A DNA stretch of 18,269 bases from Paraphysomonas bandaiensis (taxonomy: Eukaryota; Protista; Chrysophyceae). Every line of letters starts with the position of its first letter. Position 1 is the first letter of the stretch. The position numbers and the translations under genes are program-made. The stretch lies in contig CBFFRP010000466.1 of assembly GCA_965644295.1 (NCBI GenBank), forward strand, positions 1-18,269, in the 5' to 3' direction. Shown here one piece after another: positions 10,078 to 18,269 of the stretch. The notes under the pieces are model-generated. The model was not told the origin of the DNA. It saw only the letters and a list, made by a program, of their open reading frames with translations, and ran no database searches.

Positions 10078-11164
10078 TCAAGCCCCAGTTGGTACAGCTC
10101 TAATTCGAATAGTTTCCACAGCAAAAAATATATCAGTAGCCTCTTCAAAAGTAAAGAGAACCTAGGAAAAGCCATCAGCCAACATATTTGCGGAGATCAT
10201 TAGTACATACCCGATCTCCAAATATTTTACTAGGACAGCTACTTTCCTCCGCCGAATTCATAACACTGCTACTCACAAATGAAAAGGTTGTACTGTTATC
10301 CTTTTTCATTGGAACCCTATTCGCAGATCCTTCAACTGAAAGAGACATCTTCTCAATACCGAAGCCAGTGACACGAATCTAAAATAGTAGGTATAAGGAA
10401 AATTTCGCGAGTTCAAATAGCTTACATCGACAATAAGCCAGCATAGCTTAAGATCTATTGATATAAATTGAGGCATCATTCCGGTGGATACCCACCTGCA
10501 CAAAAATTGAAGGAAGCAACAAGAGAACTGAATTTGAAAATACCTTGAGTTTGAATGATTTGAAAGAGAGAATGGGTTCCAAAATGGTAGCCCTGGGTCA
10601 AAACTAGAACTACTAAACTCATACACGTCATCTAACTGTATGTATGAGACGGAGTGGTCCTTGAGGTCGATTGACTTCTCCATTGATATCCGCTTTTCCT
10701 GATAATACTAAGAAAGGGGTATGTAAATTCATGGATACCATTACCTCTTGTATTACATCCAGGTTGTTCATTGATGGTCTTCTCAGTCGAGCACTGATTG
10801 GACGAATCGGTGGAGACTTGGAGAAGCTCCCATGTAACTGCAGTTCACCAAAGTGTAAGCAATACTATCGAAAAATAATTTAATCTCAACCTTTTCTGGC
10901 TCATAAATAGTTGAATGAGCTGCGGTGACATTGTGTGTTCCAAATTTCTTGTGAGAATACTTTCTATCAGGGCTGTCTAAACTAGTCAAACTGTCGCGAA
11001 TTATCGCTTTCCGGTAGTCGTCTTTAGCAGTTCCCATCAATCGTATCAGCTCTATGAATAGGAAATATCACGCCGGTGTCATAACAATCAATTCAGTAAT
11101 AATACGAACCATTTCTTTCGATATCGAAGTTGTCCTTCTCATCATCATCATACTCTTCGTACAT
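10078..11164 (-). CDS. IFT25/HSPB11-like galactose-binding-fold protein with N-terminal extension, 261 aa, 7 exons
   Basis: Exons are 11164-11110, 11051-10891, 10837-10745, 10698-10544, 10495-10426, 10378-10211 and 10161-10078 (786 nt, all GT-AG, frame closes). The C-terminal half has SSSFDPGLP..., RWVSTGMMPQFISIDL and FTFEEATDIFFAVETIRIR, recalling IFT25 'WTTTGMFPQEFII' and 'FIIVSAFDHFASVHSV'. The gene model is solid; the family call is from recalled motifs. Confidence 0.72.
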
Positions 11165-13044
11165 GTTGCGTTTCACTATCAGTGCAAACCGACTGCTTCA
11201 GCGCTACGTCCACTAGACTGCTATCTATACAGCACAAACATACACATCTCTAACACGAATCACTTGTTGCTGCCTGTGATTTGATGAAACGATTAGTCTA
11301 TTGTGATTGATGTCATTTCCTGCAGCCCTGACTCCAATCAGACTATACAAATGGCTCTAGTAACTATACTATCATACCGAAGAGGATGGTGTGCATAACT
11401 AACAGCACAGTACAGCAGTACAGTACTCTACGCGTACTATTCGACTGTAACTCCTCTCCATACAGCTGCAGTAGCGCATATACAATACATAGAAATACAG
11501 AGAAATACAGTTGTGAGATTTGAAAACGGTGGACACTGCAGCTGCATCCTATAGTATACACTACTGTATACTACTGTATACTTATAGTTGGACTAAGCAG
11601 TATACTGTACATATACGGTGTGCTGGATAGATACCAGCAGGCAGGATCCAGATGCATGCCATGCTGTCGCTCTGTGCCGAACATCCCGCCCATCTCATAT
11701 ATGCTGCACGCTGCTGTGGACGGAGCAGTTAAGGACCCAGAGAAATGAGTTACTTGATATACGCTCAATATCATGCGGATATGTATGGAAAGTAGAGCGA
11801 GTTGATGACAGCTCCCTCCAGCAGATGGCATGAACATGTCATCATCAAACAGTTGCACACTATAATTCAGATTCAGGGTATGCTACAGCATCTGCTTCTT
11901 GGAGTCTGATTGTCATAGCTAACAAAATGATTTGGTGCATCTCTAGTAGTCGTATGCGTGTTGTTGAGATATATTGCATCCGTTTTGACACGATTTAGAC
12001 CAGTACTGTTGTAGAATACGATTCCATAGTAGTTCAACGCAGATCCGTAGCAAATTGTTGAAAGCTGAAGTGCTTTGTATGTTTGTATACCTACTCAGGC
12101 AACTTTCATTCTCGTTAATGAGACGCAAAAGAAGAGACTGGAATAGTGAAACGAAATACCGAAACCACCCGAAGCATAATTGAATGAAGCATCAAGATTC
12201 ATATACAAGGGATCCATCATAATATAACAATAAAGTATATAGATATGCCGTATGTACATACACTGTGTTTAGTAGATATATATGTATATATGAATTAATT
12301 GTTATGTTTTGACTGTTTACTTCGACGCCCTATAAGCCAATAATGTGTTGTGTTGTGAGCTAGTATCTTAGACAGTCACTATGTGTACTCTATGGTTTGC
12401 CACTCAAATTGACTTGGTTAGATCTTTTATTACACCAAAGTTAGTGTGACTGGGTAATTCTAACATATTAACTATGTTGAATAATATTTCCCCCTATCGT
12501 GCGACTGTATGAACGTGTAGACATACTCTCGCTTTATATTAGTATTTTCTGTAAACAGGGAATACAATGGAAGTGTATAGCAATAATCTATGTTGACACT
12601 TAGTAAGGCTCCGAAATTGAATATTAGGGAATGAAGCTGCAATACGCGCGGTAATGCGACAAAATTCCAACTTTTAATACGTCAATAGTCAATAAGACCA
12701 CCAAAATTTTAACGCTTGTGATAAGTGCCACCAAAACATAATTTTTCAAGTTAAATAGTTGTCTAGTATCCTCCATGTGTAGCGTTATCAAGAATAATTT
12801 AATACGTATATTGAAAGTCTTATTATTAGCATTAGGCGTTATAAACCTGCACCAACTTAGTAGCTAGATGAATGCTAGACAAACTAGTTATACCTCTACC
12901 TGCAACTAATCAGTACAAACTTTTTTTATCCTACTATTTAACGCTACGGAAGCTGCTTGTGCGTCGCCGCAAGCACCAAGGTGCGGCCACTTCCGCTCTG
13001 AGTTCTTAAGGTGAACATCCTGGATGCTTGACTTCAGCAGGCAG

Positions 13045-13120
13045 CCCAATACCCCGGTTACCCTTCAGATGGGCCCTGTCCCGGATGCCCTTGAGGTGGG
13101 CCCATTCCCGGATGCCTGCT
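13045..13120. repeat. Degenerate 27-bp GC-rich minisatellite, about 2.5 copies
   Basis: CCCCGGTTACCCTTCAGATGGGCCCTG / TCCCGGATGCCCTTGAGGTGGGCCCAT / TCCCGGATGCC. The minus strand reads HPGMGPPQG-HPGQGPSEG-*PG. Confidence 0.65.
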
Positions 13121-13503
13121 TATTCATCAGGGCCCAAAGATGTCTACACAAGTGACACTTATTGGTGTCCCTTGTACCACACAAGCATTCGGCTATGCGT
13201 GGGCAGAAGAATATCTGCTGACTATGTTTGCGGCTCACGTTAGTTCCCCGGAGAAATATTTCCTATACTTATCCCCCAGAACACCACGAAAAGGTGCGAG
13301 TCCGACTTTGTTGAGGGATTTAATACTTAGTAATATACTAAGTATAAGTATTCAGTATTGATTAAACTTGTTAAATCTTCAGAATATATGGCCAAAACGC
13401 GGCGGCAATTGTCTACTGACTTGCTAGAGTGATAAAAAAATCAACATATCGTATCCCAAACATATCTAGATATGTCATACCTTCCATGTACAGCAGTACA
13501 CGT

Positions 13504-13617
13504 CAAGGCCTGGTAACCATTGATGGCCATTAATGGTAGTCCAGTTCCCGGCAATTATAATGGCATTACCATTAATGGCCCATTAATGCGATTACCGTTA
13601 ACAGTTACCAGGCCCTG
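13504..13617. mobile_element. Miniature hAT-type MITE, 114 bp, near-complete hairpin
   Basis: TIRs CAAGGCCTGGTAAC and GTTACCAGGCCCTG match 13/14. There are internal CCATTAATGG palindromic repeats. Flanks GTACACGT vs GCATATGT match 5/8, and all three differences are C/T transitions, consistent with an aged 8-bp TSD. Confidence 0.78.
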
Positions 13618-14547
13618 GCATATGTTCATAGATATGATGGAGATAGATCTAAGATATTCATTGCGGGGAGTATTATTAGGAAATATACATTATATAAGCT
13701 GAAATGTCCTTATGGCTGAAGATGCTGTAGTACATATTCAACGTTCCTACAGTTATGTCTCAAAGAGCGTGCCATCATATACAGAATGCAGAGTCAATGA
13801 CCCATACATGTAGATATATCTGCCATTTGTGATTTGTGCTACCATCACTCTCATGAATCGAGTGTGGATATTAGGTTGTTGAAGAACTAATCTCTTCAGC
13901 GTAGTAGTGAAGGGTTGGTATTCAGCGTGGCATTAGTAGATAGTAAGTAGTACTATCAAACATTGACATCGTACGAGTGGAATTAACTATTAACTTATAC
14001 TCAAAGCTGAGAATTATATATTATATAATATTTTATCATTTACCAATTTCATGTTATCTCTACTACCACTCATTTCTCGTACGATCTTACGTCGTCAATA
14101 ACTTGCATGGTCACTATATTCCGTTTCACTACTATATATTTATGTTCATGTTATTATATATTCTTATAATACGGTTAACTGTATACTTCTAGTAAAGGTT
14201 GTAATTTAAATGTCATATACCTACAGCTTTCAATTTCTCTTAATAGCAAAACTTAACAAGTACAGCACAAGTGATGCAATAGATGATTGCTGAGTTATAA
14301 AGCTACTGAAATGGATGCATGAATGGTATTCAGCGCAAAGTGATAGGTTGAGTTGACTTTGGCTGCAACCTTTAATCTAAAAGTGAGAAATACTACTTCG
14401 TCATTGCTTATAAAGATATCGATACATGCATAGATTTCCTCTACCGTGCAAAGGAGTGAGAAAATATAGAAACTTTATTGAGGTGGAAAGTGTCCAAATG
14501 TAACACTTATGACTAGCTATACCTCGCAAATAACATAGCCAGAATTC

Positions 14548-15861
14548 TTACTTAATTTCGTTACCAGCCCAGTGTACAAGCCACCTCAAATGTGATCTCA
14601 GCTGTATCCTGGTGCTGGGAATGACTTGGGTAAAAAACACTGCGCATAAATCCTTTGCAGGGTCCACACAGAACCAAGTAGAGGCCACGCCCCCCCATCC
14701 ATACTCTCCCACCCCACTGAGCGACCCTCCACTGGCAGAAGTTGGGTCAAGAAGTACAGAAACGCCAAGGCCGAACCCCACTCCATCACCTGCAACCTCA
14801 GAGAAACCATCCATAGCTAACTCCCGTAGTGTACCTCCGCCAGGCAAATGGTTTGACCGCATTAGTGTCAAAGATTTAGCAGAAATTAACCTGGCCGTAG
14901 TAGTGCTGAAACGGCACTCCGGATGTACTGGGTACGTACCCCCCCGCAGTAGACACTTCGCGAAGGCAGCATAGTCATCAATAGTGGATACCAGACCACC
15001 ACCACCCGATAAAAGTGTGGGCATAGCAAGTCTATCTCTTTCTTCGGCAGTGGATGGGACAAATCCGGTTACAGATGCGGTGCCTGTAAACTCGAAACAG
15101 TTCACCAGCCTATCAGCATTCTCTGGCGGCACCGAAAATCCAGTATCCCGCATTCCAAGTGGTTGAAATATTTCCTCTTTAAAGAATGCATCAAGAGATT
15201 TCCCGGATACCACCTCAATTACACGACCGAGTACGTCCGTGTTGAAGCCATACAGCCAGCGTGTACCCGGCTGAAATGACAAGGGAGAAGATCCCAGTGC
15301 GTCACAAAGAACTTTGAGGGGAGTGTTACGAAACCAGTTCTTCCAGTCGTCACCGATCTTGTTGCGAATGATTTTGTCTACAGGTGTCCCACCGAATATG
15401 GAGTACGTCAGCCCCGAAGTGTGGGTCATTAAATCACGAATAGTGACATCACGTGACGCCGGTTCTGTGACAGGGTTAGTTTCATCACCGCTTACATACA
15501 CAGTCATATTCGCAAACGAAGGAATCCACTTCGAAACAGGGTCGTCAAGGTTCATCAATCCTCGGTCGACTAGAATCAATGCAGCGACCACAGTGACCGG
15601 CTTAGTCATACTGTAAATGCGGAATATAGAACTCCTCGACACCCCACCCGCCGACCCATAAAACAACTCCTTATCCCCTCTGTATATCGCAAGCTGAGCA
15701 CAGGGAAGAGTCCCCCCTTGCACCCATGCGTCGAGGAAGGTCTGTATGCGACTCCTGATACACCTCTTCACTAACTGACCATAACAAACACAAACTGCAC
15801 TCGATACAACAAAACCAAACACAGATGCTGCTATTCCCGCATCCTTGTCGTGTGAACCCAT
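14548..15861 (-). CDS. Beta-lactamase-family (class C/EstB/LovD-like) serine hydrolase, 437 aa, intronless
   Basis: The ORF is uninterrupted from the first ATG at 15861 (the track start at 15885 is TTG). Motifs: IFRIYSMTKP (SxxK), LDDPVSKWIP, TIRDLMTHTSGL, FQPGTRWLYG, LGRVIEVVSG, IFQPLGMRDTGF, SGGGGLVST, GEYGWGG. There is a hydrophobic N-terminal segment. Confidence 0.95.
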   Translation of the reverse strand: MGSHDKDAGIAASVFGFVVSSAVCVCYGQLVKRCIRSRIQTFLDAWVQGGTLPCAQLAIYRGDKELFYGSAGGVSRSSIFRIYSMTKPVTVVAALILVDRGLMNLDDPVSKWIPSFANMTVYVSGDETNPVTEPASRDVTIRDLMTHTSGLTYSIFGGTPVDKIIRNKIGDDWKNWFRNTPLKVLCDALGSSPLSFQPGTRWLYGFNTDVLGRVIEVVSGKSLDAFFKEEIFQPLGMRDTGFSVPPENADRLVNCFEFTGTASVTGFVPSTAEERDRLAMPTLLSGGGGLVSTIDDYAAFAKCLLRGGTYPVHPECRFSTTTARLISAKSLTLMRSNHLPGGGTLRELAMDGFSEVAGDGVGFGLGVSVLLDPTSASGGSLSGVGEYGWGGVASTWFCVDPAKDLCAVFFTQVIPSTRIQLRSHLRWLVHWAGNEIK

Positions 15862-15945
15862 AATAGCAGAGTTAAGTTTCAACACTCTTCTGATGTAAAT
15901 CTGACCACAATCAGCATATATACATATCTACACACAACATGATAC

Positions 15946-17439
15946 TACATACACACACATACATACATACATACATACATACATACATACATACATACAT
16001 ACATACATACATACATACATACATACATACATACATACATACATACATACATACATACATACATACATACATACATACATACATACATACATACATACAT
16101 ACATACATACATACATACATACACACATACATACATACATACATACATACATACATACATACATACATACATACATACATACATACATACATACATACAT
16201 ACATACATACATACATACATACATACATACATACATACATACATACATACATACATACCTACATACATACATACCTACATACATACCTACATACATACAT
16301 ACATACATACATACATACATACATACATACATACATACATACATACATACATACATACATACATACATACATACATACATACACACATACATACATACAT
16401 ACATACATACATACATACATACATACATACATACATACATACATACCTACATACATACCTACATACATACCTACATACATACATACATACATACATACAT
16501 ACATACATACCTACATACATACCTACATACATACATACCTACATACATACCTACATACATACCTACATACATACATACATACATACCTACATACATACAT
16601 ACATACATACATACATACATACATACATACATACATACATACATACATACATACATACATACATACATACATACATACATACATACATACATACATACAT
16701 ACATACATACATACATACATACATACATACCTACATACATACCTACATACATACCTACATACATACCTACATACATACATACATACATACATACATACAT
16801 ACATACATACATACATACATACATACATACATACATACATACATACATACATACATACATACATACATACATACATACATACATACATACATACATACAT
16901 ACATACATACATACATACATACATACATACATACATACATACATACATACATACATACATACATACATACATACATACATACATACATACATACATACAT
17001 ACATACAAACATACATACATACATACATACATACATACATACATACATACATACATACATACATACATACATACATACATACATACATACATACATACAT
17101 ACATACATACATACATACATACATACATACATACATACATACATACATACATACATACATACATACATACATACATACATACATACATACATACATACAT
17201 ACATACATACATACATACATACATACATACATACATACATACATACATACATACATACATACATACATACATACATACATACATACATACATACATACAT
17301 ACATACATACATACATACATACATACATACATACATACATACATACATACATACATACATACATACATACATACATACATACATACATACATACATACAT
17401 ACATACATACATACATACATACATACATACATACATACA
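15946..17439. repeat. (CATA)n/(TATG)n microsatellite, ~1.5 kb, ~370 units
   Basis: Seen directly. It is nearly pure, with CCTA variant clusters and single CACA/CAAA variants. Confidence 0.99.
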
Positions 17440-17574
17440 GATTCCTGCGACAGTTTCACGTACAGTATTGATATTGTGGTATATTCATTGAGATTAGGTA
17501 TAGCCTGACTGACTGCATTTACTGTCCCTATTAATTTGTTTCTGACTTGTATTCTAAGTTGTGTCATTGAAATC

Positions 17575-18259
17575 ATGAGCAATACTTCCGCAGCTGGTGT
17601 TGTGGACTTAACTTTTATGGATATCTCGAAGGAATCAGGTGAAGGATATTAGATGAAATATATGTTTTGACCGGTGGTGTCTCATTTCATGTAGACTTGG
17701 TCCAGTGTGTAACAGAGTACATGGAGAATTCTGGAGGAGGCAGCCCGAAGAAGAAAAAGGTAAGAAGTCGCATAGTTGTTTTCCGTATCATTAAAGGTTT
17801 CATTAGTCTCTGAAAGCAATTCGTCTTGGAAACAACTGTATTTCGACTGTGCAATATTTTAGTGTGGCCTTCACACCTTTATTGGATACGTCAAACATAA
17901 TGTGGCTTGACCTGTCGTTTAACCAGCTTGAAAAGATTGACGAGTCTCTCTCACAACTATTTCCCAACTTAACGACCTTATACCTTCACGCGAATCAAAT
18001 ATCTAAGTTGTCCACAATAAAGAAGCTGATAAGTTTCACGCAGTTAAGGTCTTTAACACTTTATGGAAACCCTGTGGAGGAAAATAAACACTATAGAAAT
18101 TTGGTCCTCTATTGTTTTCCGAATCTGCAGCAATTAGATTTTTGTGTTATTACAGCCGGGCAAAGGGACAAGGTGTGTTGTGATTTATGTATCTTTAGTA
18201 GCCTTATTTTTATTTAGATGGTGTGCTGGAGTCAAGTCTACAAAGCAATACGTAACTGA
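17575..18259 (+). CDS. LRRC51: Leucine-rich repeat protein 51-like, 178 aa, 4 exons
   Basis: Exons are 17575-17638, 17695-17759, 17807-18172 and 18218-18259 (537 nt, frame closes). WLDLSFNQLEKID, NLTTLYLHANQISKL, LRSLTLYGNPVEENKHYRNLV and LQQLDFCVIT match the LRRC51 repeats and LRRcap. Confidence 0.88.
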
Positions 18260-18269
18260 ACGAAGTACA

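Noticed and set aside
10968-11330. CAGGGCTG (10968) and CAGCCCTG (11323-11330) as a hAT TIR pair
   Set aside because: Only 8 bp match, the flanks are not a convincing TSD, there are no subterminal repeats, and the first copy lies within a coding exon.
12690-12740. Repeated ATAAG(A/TG)CCACCAAAA motif as a Mutator-like terminus
   Set aside because: Only two short copies, with no inverted partner or TSD found.
13045-13120. 27-bp repeats as a CRISPR array
   Set aside because: The units are tandem with no spacers, the context is eukaryotic and there are no cas genes.
14598-15616. Short ORFs overlapping the hydrolase gene
   Set aside because: They are shadow frames of a GC-richer coding sequence.
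15911-17582. Long ORFs encoding (HTYI)n and (MYVC)n
   Set aside because: They are artefacts of a stop-free 4-bp microsatellite.
1851-18217. Uniformly short introns as introner elements
   Set aside because: The introns share no evident sequence similarity, TIRs or TSDs.

Overview
This is eukaryotic genomic DNA, probably from a flagellated stramenopile-type protist. That assignment is inferred from the 43-69 nt spliceosomal introns, two cilium-associated gene families and oomycete-like hAT transposase remnants. The ORF track misses most real genes because they are spliced. Seven intact genes were reconstructed by hand: a Cys-rich phospholipid scramblase (+, with a GC-AG first intron), SUMO (-), a GT32 DXD glycosyltransferase (-), a BAP29/31-like ER protein (+), an IFT25/HSPB11-like protein with a long N-terminal extension (-), an intronless beta-lactamase-family serine hydrolase (-) and LRRC51 (+). 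The intergenic space holds five clear, decayed hAT-type DNA transposon pieces with CAGGG-type termini and a possible sixth. Three have degenerate 8-bp TSDs and three keep transposase C-terminal remnants. A ~1.5 kb (CATA)n microsatellite fills nearly the whole gap between the two divergent genes at the right end. TAC/GTA-rich patches recur upstream of the other genes. No CRISPR array, rRNA or tRNA was seen.
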